Shown: piece after piece, positions 1-10,364 of the stretch | Numbering within the stretch: position 1 is the stretch's first letter | Layout: every line of letters begins with the position of its first letter | NCBI GenBank assembly: GCA_965203965.1 | Contig: CBDBDR010000017.1 | Coordinates: 224,001 to 288,000 of the forward strand | Reading direction: 5' to 3' | DNA from: Thermodesulfobacteriota bacterium | GTDB taxonomy: Bacteria > Desulfobacterota_D > UBA1144 > Nemesobacterales > JAJCZQ01 | DNA length: 64,000 nucleotides | Notes under the pieces: generated by a model | What the model was told of the DNA's origin: nothing | Database searches by the model: none | What the model saw: the letters and a program-made list of their open reading frames with translations, nothing else | Made by a program: the position numbers and the translations under genes

Positions 1-87
1 TTCATGAGAGCAATTCAGTATAAAGAGTGGGAGCCTTTCCTGAATTTTGTCGATGTATCCTATTGGAACGTAGAATTGGAGAATTAG
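1..87 (+). CDS. Probable 3' end of an upstream CDS (partial, unknown product)
   Basis: Frame 1 is open from the window edge to TAG at 85-87 (FMRAIQYKEWEPFLNFVDVSYWNVELEN*), ending just before tolB. Confidence 0.3.
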   Translation, partial: FMRAIQYKEWEPFLNFVDVSYWNVELEN

Positions 88-146
88 CAAAAATGGCAAA
101 TAAGTTTTATAAGTTAAGTTGTTTACCTGTTTTTCTGGATTTATTA

Positions 147-1418
147 GTGAAAGGACTGCTAACGAGTCTGCTGATTATATTTTTTACCCTTATTGGAGGG
201 AATATATCCTATTCACAGATAATTTTGCCGGGAGTTTCATCTCCCACAATTCAAAAAATCACATTACTAATTGCTCCACTTGAGAATATTGGCCCAAAAA
301 ATTCTTATGCAAAAGAATTTGAAGAAATCTTGAAAAATGATCTGCAAAATGCAGCACTTTTTGATTTAAAATCCGAACCTGTTTCAGGCTTGGATGGGGA
401 AAATATAAACTTTCAGTCACTTTTTAAGCAGGGAATAGACACTGTTGTAAAGGGTCAATACAAAATGGTGGACAAAAAAATAATTGTGTCTATTAGGATA
501 TTTGATGTCTGGCGGGAGCGTGCATTAGATGGAAGGACTTATACTGCTAGCCCTTCAAAAATTAGAGAAGCCGCACACAGATTTGCAAATTTGATAATGA
601 AAAATCTGACGGGGATAGATGGCTTTTTTACCTCCAAAATAGTTACAGTGGATGGTGAGAGTAAAAGGGATCTGTTCATAATGGACTATGACGGATTTAA
701 TAAACGCAGGTTGACTTCCCATAGTGCAAAAGTTATGTCACCAAGCTGCTCGCGAGATGGACGCAAAATTGTGTTTAACTCGGATAAAATATTGGATCAT
801 GATATTTATGTTTTATATCTCGTTCCACGACTAAGAGAAGAAAAAGAACGAAATGCTTCCAAGCCTTTTATTCTTGATCAAAGTGCAGAATGGTCACCCA
901 ATGGATCGCGTATTGCATTTAGTTCCAAAGGGGATATCTATGTCTCAAATGTAAACGGTAAAAGTTTAAAGAAATTAACGAACGATCATTACATAGATGT
1001 TTCACCAACATGGTCTCCTGATGGAAATTCAATCGCATTTGTATCAGACAGATCAGGAAGCCCTCAAATCTATGTTATGAATGCCGACGGGAAAAACATG
1101 AAAAGGATAACTTCTGGAGATTATAACTCTGAACCTGCATGGTCGTCGAACCCGAAGGTGAACAAGATAGCTTACGTCAATGTAATAGGTGCACATTCCA
1201 ATATATTTACCGTGAAACCGGATGGTAGTGATGTCAAGCAGCTTACATTCGGATCGCAAAATGAAGCTCCTTCATGGTCTCCGGATGGGCATTTTATTAC
1301 ATTTTCCTCCAATCAGAATGTTTCAAGAGATATTTACATAATGTATCTGAACGGTGAGAACCAGAGGAGGCTTACAAAAAGTGGAAAAAAAAGATTTCCC
1401 ACTTGGTGTAAAAGATGA
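147..1418 (+). CDS. tolB: Tol-Pal system beta-propeller protein TolB
   Basis: TolB N-domain (REAAHRFAN, LTGIDGFF) followed by PD40 repeats (SPTWSPDG, APSWSPDG). GTG at 147 is preferred over ORF start 27 because it gives a signal peptide. Confidence 0.85.
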   Translation: MKGLLTSLLIIFFTLIGGNISYSQIILPGVSSPTIQKITLLIAPLENIGPKNSYAKEFEEILKNDLQNAALFDLKSEPVSGLDGENINFQSLFKQGIDTVVKGQYKMVDKKIIVSIRIFDVWRERALDGRTYTASPSKIREAAHRFANLIMKNLTGIDGFFTSKIVTVDGESKRDLFIMDYDGFNKRRLTSHSAKVMSPSCSRDGRKIVFNSDKILDHDIYVLYLVPRLREEKERNASKPFILDQSAEWSPNGSRIAFSSKGDIYVSNVNGKSLKKLTNDHYIDVSPTWSPDGNSIAFVSDRSGSPQIYVMNADGKNMKRITSGDYNSEPAWSSNPKVNKIAYVNVIGAHSNIFTVKPDGSDVKQLTFGSQNEAPSWSPDGHFITFSSNQNVSRDIYIMYLNGENQRRLTKSGKKRFPTWCKR

Positions 1419-1442
1419 AATTAATAAACCAGAGAATATTAT

Positions 1443-1991
1443 TTGAGATTATTTGTCGCCGCTTTATTGCCCGATAAAGTCAAGAGTGAAATCGCGAACT
1501 ATGTAGAATATCTGCAAAAGAGAGTAAGGGGAGTCAAGTGGGAAAAAGAGAGCAGATTTCATATAACACTCAAGTTTTTAGGAGATATTGAGAGCAGTTT
1601 ACTTCCTGGTCTGAAAAGTGTTCTGCATAATACTTCCCAGAATTTTAAGTATACGCGTCTTGAGGTCACAAAACTTTCAGGAATTCCAAACCTTCGTTTA
1701 CCAAGAGTTATAATTCTGTCTCTTAATTACAATGAAAGATTTACTGCCTTGCATGATTCTATTCAGAAAAGCATCTATGAAAAACTGGAAATCAGTAGGG
1801 ACACTAGGATTTTTTACCCTCACATTACAATTGGCAGGGTAAAAGGTGATTTTAGAATTGACGAAAAGCTAAATCCCATAGATAACATCAACTTTAATGT
1901 TAATAAAATTACTCTTACGAGGAGCAAATTAACGCAAAAAGATTCAATATATAGTAATTTTGGACGTTTACAATCTAACATGACAGGTTGA
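1443..1991 (+). CDS. thpR: RNA 2',3'-cyclic phosphodiesterase (2H phosphoesterase, LigT/ThpR)
   Basis: MRLFVA N-terminus and two HxT motifs (HITLKFLG, PHITIGR). Confidence 0.88.
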   Translation: MRLFVAALLPDKVKSEIANYVEYLQKRVRGVKWEKESRFHITLKFLGDIESSLLPGLKSVLHNTSQNFKYTRLEVTKLSGIPNLRLPRVIILSLNYNERFTALHDSIQKSIYEKLEISRDTRIFYPHITIGRVKGDFRIDEKLNPIDNINFNVNKITLTRSKLTQKDSIYSNFGRLQSNMTG

Positions 1992-2086
1992 TTAGCATAT
2001 ATGGATTTGTTATTGTTTATTACATTTGACAAGTTACCATGATTTAGGGGAAACTTATGTTTCATACGATTGTCATGGAGAAATAA

Positions 2087-2401
2087 ATGTTGGCTGTAAT
2101 AAAATCTGGTGGGAAACAATACATAGTTAAGCCCGGCGATATAATCGATATTGAAAAAATATCAGGGGAAGTGGGGGCTGAAGTTCAGTTTGGTGATGTT
2201 CTCATGGTTTCTGATGGGCAAGGAGACGTAAGAGTTGGGACACCTGTTGTTGAAGGAGTTAACGTCAAAGGCATAGTACTTGGAGAAAAAAAAGGGAATA
2301 AGTTGACTATATTCAAGTTCAAAAGAAGAAAGGGCTACAGGAAGAAGACTGGACACAGGCAAAAATACACATCAGTTAAAATAGATAGCATAAGTAATTA
2401 A
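2087..2401 (+). CDS. rplU: 50S ribosomal protein L21
   Basis: AVIKSGGKQY and KGYRKKTGHRQKYT motifs; directly upstream of rpmA. Confidence 0.97.
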   Translation: MLAVIKSGGKQYIVKPGDIIDIEKISGEVGAEVQFGDVLMVSDGQGDVRVGTPVVEGVNVKGIVLGEKKGNKLTIFKFKRRKGYRKKTGHRQKYTSVKIDSISN

Positions 2402-2413
2402 CTGGAGGCTTTT

Positions 2414-2668
2414 ATGTCTACTAAGAAAGGTGGAGGCAGTACAAGCAATGGAAGGGATTCTGCTGGTAAGAGGTTAGGTGTTAAAAAATTCGGTGGTCAA
2501 CCTGTTAAAGCAGGCAATATAATTGTAAGGCAACGCGGAACAACTTTTTATCCAGGTCTGAAAGTCGGGCTGGGTAAAGACTTTACGCTTTTTGCACTGA
2601 GTGACGGTTTTGTCAAGTATGAAAGGTTCAAAAGGAACAAGACAAAAGTAAGCGTGCATACAGATTAA
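2414..2668 (+). CDS. rpmA: 50S ribosomal protein L27
   Basis: [34 protein letters not shown] ribosome-binding site. Confidence 0.98.
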   Translation: MSTKKGGGSTSNGRDSAGKRLGVKKFGGQPVKAGNIIVRQRGTTFYPGLKVGLGKDFTLFALSDGFVKYERFKRNKTKVSVHTD

Positions 2669-2787
2669 ATATTGTTCTTTTTCAATACACCGCTTCTTGA
2701 AAATATTCCCCTGTTCACCTTATTCCTTCTGCTGAATGAATGCTTAAAGATATAACATTTTGGTAATATGAAATGTAGTTCTTAACA

Positions 2788-4170
2788 ATGGATATTAAAT
2801 CGGCAGTTGCCACCTTTTTTATCTGCATAATTATTGCCGTCAGTGTTACTTTTTTCCAAGGTAGATACTTCTCTGACAAATTTTTGGAATACAAATCATC
2901 CGAAATATCTGAGAAGTTGTTGAATTCAAAGGATTTTGCTCTTACTGCAAGTAGATTACTCAGCTCAGGAGATGATATAAGCTACTTGAAATTATTCGAT
3001 AGCACTGGTGTGTTGCAACACAGTTTTGGTGATAATAAAGTCGCTGGAGCCGAAAAAATAGTTGTGAAAGTACCGGATGGCAGATCTATAATAATGGGGT
3101 TAAAAACAGTTGAAGTTCCAGTTATAGATTCTTATTCATTAATTTGGAGTGTGCTTATTGGTGTCAGTTCGGCTCTCATTTTAATTTCTATTATTTCAAT
3201 TAAAAGTTTGAAACCTGCCAAGCTAGTGAAACAGCTTGAAGACTCAATGGAAAGGATTTCTCAAGGTGATTATGAGGCTAAATTGGACATTGATTCTCTT
3301 AATGAGAAAGAGAGTCACATGATAAGGGTTTACGAAAGTTTCAATAAAATGGTGGATAGTCTTAATGTGAAATATAAAGAGTGGAAAAAAGAGTCTGAGC
3401 CGCTGAAAGAAATAACATCTAGTAATAGCACAAGATTCGAAGAAAATGAAAGTAGTAAAACCGCTTGGGGAGTTAAAAAAAAGGGGGTAAGTGAAGACTC
3501 TTTCCAGGATAAAGACGAGGAAGAAAGCAGAGATCAGGAACAGGAAAATGTAGGTGTGGAAAAGGTTGAAAGACTTTCCATGTTTAGTTCAGGAGTTGCT
3601 TTACCATATAAAGTCCCTTCTCTTGAATCCGGAAACTTAGGTGTTCTCATTGTAAAAGTAGAAGATTTTGAAAATTTATCTGAGGGGTTTGATACCTCAG
3701 AATCCAACATGTTTTTGACTGGATACAATAAATTTTGTGGGAGAATAATTAAAAGCTATGGAGGGATTGTAAGAACAGTGTTTAGAGGTGAAATAGTGGC
3801 TACTTTTAAGTTTACCGATGAGAAAAATTATCCTGAACTGATGCCAATATGTGCCGCAGTAGAGGTATTGCAAGAACTTACTAATATAGCAAAGAAAAAA
3901 AAGGCTGAAGGTAATCGGGTAGTGACTGGAAAAATTGGAATAAGCATGAAAAAATCCAGTGTTCCGGACGAAGTTGAAAACGCCATTAAAGATGCGAGAA
4001 ATATCTGTGAGAACACAAAGATCTGGAAATTGTGCATTTCTCCTGAGTTATACAAAAAGGTAAAAGATTTTGTTGAAGCAAGTCAATACGTAGTTAATAG
4101 TGAGACGATTTACTTAGTCACCGGTGTTGAACAAGGAGTTGTTCACCCTGAAAAACCTCCCTTAGCATAA
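2788..4170 (+). CDS. Membrane protein with HAMP domain and degenerate class III nucleotide-cyclase-like domain
   Basis: Two TM segments, HAMP (MERISQGDY...ESFNKMVDSL), acidic linker, cyclase-like C-terminus (IIKSYGG, KIGIS). Confidence 0.6.
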   Translation: MDIKSAVATFFICIIIAVSVTFFQGRYFSDKFLEYKSSEISEKLLNSKDFALTASRLLSSGDDISYLKLFDSTGVLQHSFGDNKVAGAEKIVVKVPDGRSIIMGLKTVEVPVIDSYSLIWSVLIGVSSALILISIISIKSLKPAKLVKQLEDSMERISQGDYEAKLDIDSLNEKESHMIRVYESFNKMVDSLNVKYKEWKKESEPLKEITSSNSTRFEENESSKTAWGVKKKGVSEDSFQDKDEEESRDQEQENVGVEKVERLSMFSSGVALPYKVPSLESGNLGVLIVKVEDFENLSEGFDTSESNMFLTGYNKFCGRIIKSYGGIVRTVFRGEIVATFKFTDEKNYPELMPICAAVEVLQELTNIAKKKKAEGNRVVTGKIGISMKKSSVPDEVENAIKDARNICENTKIWKLCISPELYKKVKDFVEASQYVVNSETIYLVTGVEQGVVHPEKPPLA

Positions 4171-4200
4171 GGGTGTTTTTGATGCATCTAATTTCCAATA

Positions 4201-5259
4201 ATGCAAGTGCAAAATATAAAGAATTTATCACCAAAGCAACTTGAAGATGTTGTTGTGAATATAGGAGAAAAACCATACCGTGCCGGGCAGATTGGCAAAT
4301 GGTTGTATCAGAAGCACGCAACCAGCTATAATGATATGACCGACCTATCTATCGGTTTAAGAAACAAGTTGAGAAGCCTATTTCCCATAACTCCATTATC
4401 ACAACTGGTAAATAAGCAAATATCTCGGGATGGAACGGTCAAACATCTCTTTAGGCTCAATGATGGTAACAGAATTGAATCCGTTTTAATTCCCGAGAAG
4501 AAAAGGCAGACGCTCTGTGTTTCTTCTCAGGTTGGTTGTGCGCTTGGTTGTAAATTTTGCATGACAGCCACAATGGGAAGGATTAGGAACTTGAATACGG
4601 CAGAAATCATTGATCAGGTATTGTATGTAAATTCAACCGGGAGAAAACCGGTTACAAACATTGTTTTTATGGGAATGGGAGAGCCATTGGATAATTTGGA
4701 TAACCTTGTTAGCTCAATTCAGGTATTGACGGATAAGCAATGTGTTGGAATGTCACCGAGGAAGATTACCGTATCCACTTCCGGTCTGGTTCCTAAAATC
4801 AATGAATTTGGAAAAAGACTCAGCGTGAATCTATCTGTTTCATTGAATGCATCTAACGATGAAACTAGGGACAAGATCATGCCGATAAACAAAAAATATA
4901 AAATTAAGAAACTGATTAGTGCCGCTATAAAATATCCGTTACCAAAAAGGAAATTATTGACCTTTGAGTATGTATTGATTAGTGGGGTGAATGATTCAGA
5001 TCTCAATGCATCTGAACTGGCAAATCTATTGCGAGATTTAAGTAGTAAAGTTAATCTTATACCTTATAACGAAGCATGTTCTCTTCCTTACAAGAGTCCT
5101 GATGAGAAAAGGGTTCTGAGTTTTCAGAAAATACTTGTGAACAAGGGCATTAACGCAAAAATAAGAAGGAATAGGGGTAGAGACATTCTTGCGGCCTGCG
5201 GGCAGTTGGCTTCAATTTATCCAAGTAACGTTAGCGATGAAGGAAATTGCTTATGTTAA
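4201..5259 (+). CDS. rlmN: 23S rRNA/tRNA m2A methyltransferase RlmN (radical SAM)
   Basis: CVSSQVGCALGCKFC, NIVFMGMGEPL and DILAACGQL motifs. Confidence 0.96.
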   Translation: MQVQNIKNLSPKQLEDVVVNIGEKPYRAGQIGKWLYQKHATSYNDMTDLSIGLRNKLRSLFPITPLSQLVNKQISRDGTVKHLFRLNDGNRIESVLIPEKKRQTLCVSSQVGCALGCKFCMTATMGRIRNLNTAEIIDQVLYVNSTGRKPVTNIVFMGMGEPLDNLDNLVSSIQVLTDKQCVGMSPRKITVSTSGLVPKINEFGKRLSVNLSVSLNASNDETRDKIMPINKKYKIKKLISAAIKYPLPKRKLLTFEYVLISGVNDSDLNASELANLLRDLSSKVNLIPYNEACSLPYKSPDEKRVLSFQKILVNKGINAKIRRNRGRDILAACGQLASIYPSNVSDEGNCLC

Positions 5260-5274
5260 AGAAAAAGTGCAAAA

Positions 5275-7911
5275 ATGACAGGAAACGAAACAAGGTCTGT
5301 TTTTCTGGATTATTTTAAGAACAGAGATCATACAGAAGTAAGGAGTTCTTCTTTAATTCCTAAGGATGACAACACTCTTCTTTTTGTCAACTCAGGTATG
5401 GTGCAGTTTAAAAATACCTTTCTCGGAACAGAAAAGAGAGATTATAAACGTGCAGTCTCATCGCAGAAGTGTGTCCGTGCAGGTGGTAAGCATAATGACC
5501 TCACTAACGTGGGATATACAGCAAGACACCACACGTTTTTCGAAATGCTGGGCAATTTTTCATTTGGAGACTATTTTAAAAAAGAAGCAATTGAGTTCGG
5601 ATGGGAACTTATTACAAATGTGTATGGATTACCAAAAGATAAATTATGGGTAACTGTGTTTGAAAAAGACGACGAAGCCCATGGTATATGGAAAAATCAT
5701 ATAGGGCTCAGCCCTTACAGAATAGTAAGAATGGGAGAGGATGACAATTTTTGGTCAATGGCAGAAACAGGTCCGTGCGGTCCCTGTTCCGAGATCATAA
5801 TTGATCAGGGTAGTGGGATTGGTTGTGGTAAAAAGGATTGTAACATCGGATGTGGGTGCGATAGGTATTTGGAACTGTGGAATCTGGTTTTTATGCAGTT
5901 TGACAGAAATAGTCAAGGGAACCTCACTCCGCTCGCCAATCCAAGCATTGACACGGGAATGGGGTTAGAAAGAATCAGCGCTGTATTGCAAGGTGTAAAA
6001 AGTAATTACGAGACTGATCTCCTGTTGGGGATTATAGATAACATATCAACTCTATGTGGGATTGAATACGAGCATGGTAAGTTACATAGCGATATTTCCA
6101 TGAGAGTTATAGCTGACCATTCAAGGGCAGTAAATTTTTTAATTTCAGACGGTGTATTTCCTTCCAACGAGGGCAGGGGGTACGTTCTCAGGAGGATACT
6201 GAGACGATCTGTAAGACATGCAAAAATGCTCGGGATGAATGAGCCTTTTCTTTACAGAATATTGCCCAGTGTAAACAAATTTTATGGAGAAATATATCCT
6301 GAACTTATAAAACAGACTGACTTTATCTCACAAGTTGTTAAGAATGAAGAGCAAAGATTTCTGGATACCATTGACCGTGGTCTTGAACTTCTTGAAGCCG
6401 AAGTTGCCGAGTTGGGGGAGAATGATACTTTGTCAGGAAAAGTGGCATTCAAGCTATACGATACATACGGTTTTCCCTACGATCTGACCGAAGATATTAC
6501 AAAAAGCAGAGGTATAAAAATTAATAACACGGAATTTGACTTTGAAATGCGCAAGCAACAGAAGCAGTCAAGAAGGTCTTGGGTGGAATCTAACGCCTAT
6601 GTATCCGTAGCTCCTTCGTATGACCCTGTCAAATTTACAGGCTATGAAAATACAGAGAGAGAATCCTCTATTCAGCTGATAAGAAAGAACAATCAGTGTG
6701 TCGAGAGTATTTCTGAAAGTGATATTTCTGAAGGTGATATTATAGAACTGATAACACGTTCAACCCCTTTTTACAGTGAGTCTGGTGGACAGGTGGGTGA
6801 TAGGGGAGTCATAGAGTCCGACAGGTTCAAATGTAGCGTTATTAATACAATAAAGCCGTTACCAAATTTTGTAGTTCATCGCGTTAGGATAGAGAAAGGT
6901 TATGTCCGGACTGAGGATAAAGTTGATCTGAAAATTGATAAGGATTTCAGATTTGGGGTGGAATCTCATCATACATCTACACATATACTCCACGCTGTTT
7001 TGAGAGAAGTTCTTGGGGGTCATGTACATCAAGCAGGTTCATTAGTAACTACTGATAAGTTCCGTTTTGATTTTAGCCATCACTCTGCATTAAAAATCAA
7101 AGATATAAGGAAGGTAGAGGAGTTGATGAATGAAAGAGTGAGAATGGATGATAAAATTGAAATTCGTAATGATGTTCCATACGATGAGGCAATAAAAGAT
7201 GGTGCTATGGCAATTTTTGAAGAAAAATATGGTGATAAAGTAAGAGTGGTCTCCATTGGTAACTACAGCAGGGAACTTTGCGGTGGAACACATTTACGCA
7301 GTGCAGGAGAGGCAGGTTTAATAAAAGTGGTAAACGAAACAGCCTCCTCCTCCGGGGTCAGAAGAATTGAAGCCGTAGCATCTGAATCTGCCCTAAAACT
7401 TATTGAGCATCATAATGAAATAGTTAAAAAATCAGAATCAGCGTTAAAAGCATCAAAATCGTGTTTGATCAAAGATCTAAAAGCCGTTGTTGAAGAAAAT
7501 CAAGTGTTAAACAAGGAATTAAGAGAATTAAATGCGAGGTCATTATGCAATAGGGTGGAGAGTTATCTGGAAAATATGATAAGTATCGGAAATATAAAAT
7601 TGCTGGCGCAGAGCATAAATGGTGCATCTCACTCCGATCTAAGAACCGTATGGAGCAGTTTGAAGCCAAAATTACAACGTGGTGTAGTTGTTCTTGCAAG
7701 CAAAGATTCCGAGAAAGTTTTTTTGCTGGTTGCCGTTACACAAAACCTTACGAAAAAATATAATGCAGGCAATATCGTTAAAGAACTGTCAAAGATTGTA
7801 GGTGGAAAAGGAGGTGGAAAGCCCGATCTTGGACAAGGTGGAGGTAGTATCACAAGTAAAATGGATGAAGCATTAAGTAAATCCATAAATATTATAAAGA
7901 GAGATTTATGA
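5275..7911 (+). CDS. alaS: Alanine--tRNA ligase
   Basis: RHHTFFEMLGNFSFGDYFK, IDTGMGLER, editing HTSTH/ELCGGTH, C-terminal GGKGGG. Confidence 0.98.
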   Translation: MTGNETRSVFLDYFKNRDHTEVRSSSLIPKDDNTLLFVNSGMVQFKNTFLGTEKRDYKRAVSSQKCVRAGGKHNDLTNVGYTARHHTFFEMLGNFSFGDYFKKEAIEFGWELITNVYGLPKDKLWVTVFEKDDEAHGIWKNHIGLSPYRIVRMGEDDNFWSMAETGPCGPCSEIIIDQGSGIGCGKKDCNIGCGCDRYLELWNLVFMQFDRNSQGNLTPLANPSIDTGMGLERISAVLQGVKSNYETDLLLGIIDNISTLCGIEYEHGKLHSDISMRVIADHSRAVNFLISDGVFPSNEGRGYVLRRILRRSVRHAKMLGMNEPFLYRILPSVNKFYGEIYPELIKQTDFISQVVKNEEQRFLDTIDRGLELLEAEVAELGENDTLSGKVAFKLYDTYGFPYDLTEDITKSRGIKINNTEFDFEMRKQQKQSRRSWVESNAYVSVAPSYDPVKFTGYENTERESSIQLIRKNNQCVESISESDISEGDIIELITRSTPFYSESGGQVGDRGVIESDRFKCSVINTIKPLPNFVVHRVRIEKGYVRTEDKVDLKIDKDFRFGVESHHTSTHILHAVLREVLGGHVHQAGSLVTTDKFRFDFSHHSALKIKDIRKVEELMNERVRMDDKIEIRNDVPYDEAIKDGAMAIFEEKYGDKVRVVSIGNYSRELCGGTHLRSAGEAGLIKVVNETASSSGVRRIEAVASESALKLIEHHNEIVKKSESALKASKSCLIKDLKAVVEENQVLNKELRELNARSLCNRVESYLENMISIGNIKLLAQSINGASHSDLRTVWSSLKPKLQRGVVVLASKDSEKVFLLVAVTQNLTKKYNAGNIVKELSKIVGGKGGGKPDLGQGGGSITSKMDEALSKSINIIKRDL

Positions 7912-7956
7912 AGAAACTGTTACATAATTTTTAAGAAATTCATACGAGGTTTTACT

Positions 7957-8859
7957 TTACATATTGATGTTTTCTACGCCTTGTTTCTTAAAAGCTTTTT
8001 TGATCTTTGTTAAAGCCGTATTTTCAATCTGCCTTACACGTTCGCGGGATATACTATATTTTTCGCCTATTTCCTCAAGCGTCATCGGCTTATCTACAAG
8101 AATGCGATTTTGAACTATGTATTTTTCTCTTTCCTTCAGTTCGTCCATAATCCTATCAATATTTTTTTTGATAGTTGATTCAATCTGATTTTTTGCGATT
8201 AGATCCTCCTGATTGAAACTGTTGTCTTTAAGGTAGTTTATAAAACTGCTTTCATCATCCTTGCCTATCCGGGCATCCAGTGAGAGGTCTTTCTGGGTCA
8301 TTCTCTGATCCATCTGTTTCACCTCCTTTTCTTTTACTCCAAGTTGTTTGGCAATTTTTGAGTAATCATCATCCGTTATTATATTTCCTTCTGTCTCCAG
8401 TGCGTTTTTCGTGGATCTCAACTTATAAAACAACTTGCGTTGTGCCTGACTTGTTCCAACTTTGACAAGACTCCATGATTTAATAAGGAAATTTTGCATA
8501 TATGCCCTTATCCACCATACTGCATATGAGATCAGCCTATATCCTTTTGTTGGATCAAATCCTTTCACAGCTTGCATTAGCCCTATGTTTCCTTCTTGTA
8601 TTAAGTCCATCATGTTCACATCATAGTTCCTATATTCATTGGCAATTTTCACAACAAACTTAAGATTGCAGGAAACAAGTTTTCTAGCAGCTTCAATATC
8701 GCCTTCATTTTTGTATTTCATGGCAAGTTCATGTTCTTCTTTTCTGCTCAGCACCGGGTGGTTGCTGATCTCGGCAAGGTATCTTTCAAGTGAACTGGTT
8801 GTGGCAGGGAGGTTTGCCGAATAGCTTTTTGCTTTAACTTTTCCTTCGCTGTCTGTCAT
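7957..8859 (-). CDS. rpoH: RNA polymerase sigma factor RpoH (sigma-32)
   Basis: DLIQEGNIGLM, SYAVWWIRA, RpoH box QRKLFYKLR, region 4 SRERVRQIE. Confidence 0.9.
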   Translation of the reverse strand: MTDSEGKVKAKSYSANLPATTSSLERYLAEISNHPVLSRKEEHELAMKYKNEGDIEAARKLVSCNLKFVVKIANEYRNYDVNMMDLIQEGNIGLMQAVKGFDPTKGYRLISYAVWWIRAYMQNFLIKSWSLVKVGTSQAQRKLFYKLRSTKNALETEGNIITDDDYSKIAKQLGVKEKEVKQMDQRMTQKDLSLDARIGKDDESSFINYLKDNSFNQEDLIAKNQIESTIKKNIDRIMDELKEREKYIVQNRILVDKPMTLEEIGEKYSISRERVRQIENTALTKIKKAFKKQGVENINM

Positions 8860-8987
8860 AACACAGTTCAGTCACCGTGAATAAGTCGCGTTACGGTTAA
8901 ATTTTAAGTAGGATTATAATACACATTATGTGAAACAATAAATAACTGAGTTGTTAATTTTCGTTTTTTTGATAGTGCTTCAAATTC

Positions 8988-9016
8988 TTGACTGTGTGTT
9001 TTAGAATGTTTAGATT
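8988..9016 (+). promoter_or_regulatory. Putative sigma70 promoter of tRNA-Asn
   Basis: TTGACT-17 nt-TAGATT, ending 21 nt before the tRNA. Confidence 0.4.
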
Positions 9017-9037
9017 AATGCTTCTTTTCAAAACGGA

Positions 9038-9113
9038 TCCGGCGTAGCTCAGTTGGCAGAGCGGATGACTGTTAATCATTAGGTCGCAGGTTCGAGCCCT
9101 GCCGCCGGAGCCA
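9038..9113 (+). tRNA. tRNA-Asn(GTT)
   Basis: Cloverleaf TCCGGCG...CGCCGGA-G-CCA, anticodon GTT at 9071-9073, GGTTCGA T-arm, encoded CCA. Confidence 0.97.
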
Positions 9114-9192
9114 TGTTTTATGTTTGTCTGATTATTTAAATGCTGATAATTTGAGTTTTGAGAACACCATTCCTACCGGTCATGTTTTGTTT

Positions 9193-10119
9193 CTAATCTC
9201 CCAGTTGTGTTCCAGGTTTGACCTTGTTTCCTCTTAAAAAATCTTCCGTATTGATCCGCTTGCTTCCTTCAAGTTGAAGTTCCAATACATCCAATGATCC
9301 TTCTCCAGTCCCAATTGTTAAAGTTCCCGGTTTGGATTGTAGAACCTCTCCTGGCTTGCCGTTTTTGTTGCTTACAGATACTTTGAATATTTTTAATATT
9401 TTGTTGTTGAGACTTGTAAAAGACCCGGGCCAAGGTTGTGTTCCTCTGATTAAATTTCTGATCTCTTCGGCTTTCTTTTCCCAGTTAATTTTCCCTAAAT
9501 CCTTTTTAATCATTGGTGCATAGGTAGCATCGGCATCATTTTGTTTCAGGAGTTTTAGTTTATTTCTTTCCAATTTGTCTATTGTTTCCATCAACAAATC
9601 GGCACCAACCCACGATAGCTTTTCGCTTAACTCTATTGACGTTTCTTCATATTTTATCTCGACTTCTTTTCTTGCAAGCATATCGCCGGTGTCCATACCT
9701 TTGTCCATAAGCATTATGGTAACGCCTGTCTTTTTCTCACCATTTGTTATTGCCCAATTTATAGGTGCGGCACCCCTGTATTTGGGCAGGAGTGAGGGAT
9801 GAACATTTATACATCTGTATTTGGGAAGGTTGAGTATGTTTGGTGGAATTATTTTTCCATAAGCGGCTACACATATCAGGTCAGAATCAATATTCTCGAT
9901 CTGCTTGTGAAACTCATCAGTCTTGATATTTTTGGGTTGCAGGACAGGAATTGAGTTTTCCATTGCTAACAGTTTGATAGGTGGTGAAGCAAGTTTTCTC
10001 CCTCTTCCTTTGGATTTATCGGGTTGGCAGACAACACAGATAACCTCGTGCCTTGAATTTATAAGCCTCTTTAAGCACGGAACTGCAAATAGGGGGGTTC
10101 CCATGAAAATGATCTTCAT
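9193..10119 (-). CDS. fmt: Methionyl-tRNA formyltransferase
   Basis: IFMGTP-FA, NVHPSLLPKYRGAAPI, MDTGD. Confidence 0.97.
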   Translation of the reverse strand: MKIIFMGTPLFAVPCLKRLINSRHEVICVVCQPDKSKGRGRKLASPPIKLLAMENSIPVLQPKNIKTDEFHKQIENIDSDLICVAAYGKIIPPNILNLPKYRCINVHPSLLPKYRGAAPINWAITNGEKKTGVTIMLMDKGMDTGDMLARKEVEIKYEETSIELSEKLSWVGADLLMETIDKLERNKLKLLKQNDADATYAPMIKKDLGKINWEKKAEEIRNLIRGTQPWPGSFTSLNNKILKIFKVSVSNKNGKPGEVLQSKPGTLTIGTGEGSLDVLELQLEGSKRINTEDFLRGNKVKPGTQLGD

Positions 10120-10190
10120 GACGTGCAGTTTTTTGAGTGTGAGAGCATTACTATAAACTTGTAACTCTTGCCCATCAACTACTCCCTGAA

Positions 10191-10207
10191 TGCTTAATTT
10201 ATAGGCA
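10191..10207. promoter_or_regulatory. Putative NtrC-type operator (TGC-N11-GCA)
   Basis: Imperfect palindrome aaTGCTTAATTTATAGGCAtt about 160 bp upstream of amt. Confidence 0.4.
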
Positions 10208-10364
10208 TTTTCTCAAGTAGATTTTGCAGTAAAATTTATTTTTGCTTTTATTTAAAAAGCGCTTTACTTATTATAACAAACTGTTACTTTAGATTTCAAG
10301 ATAAAATTCTAATTGACGATAGTAATCTATTGAAAAAATAAAAAATATGGGAGGGTCACATAAG

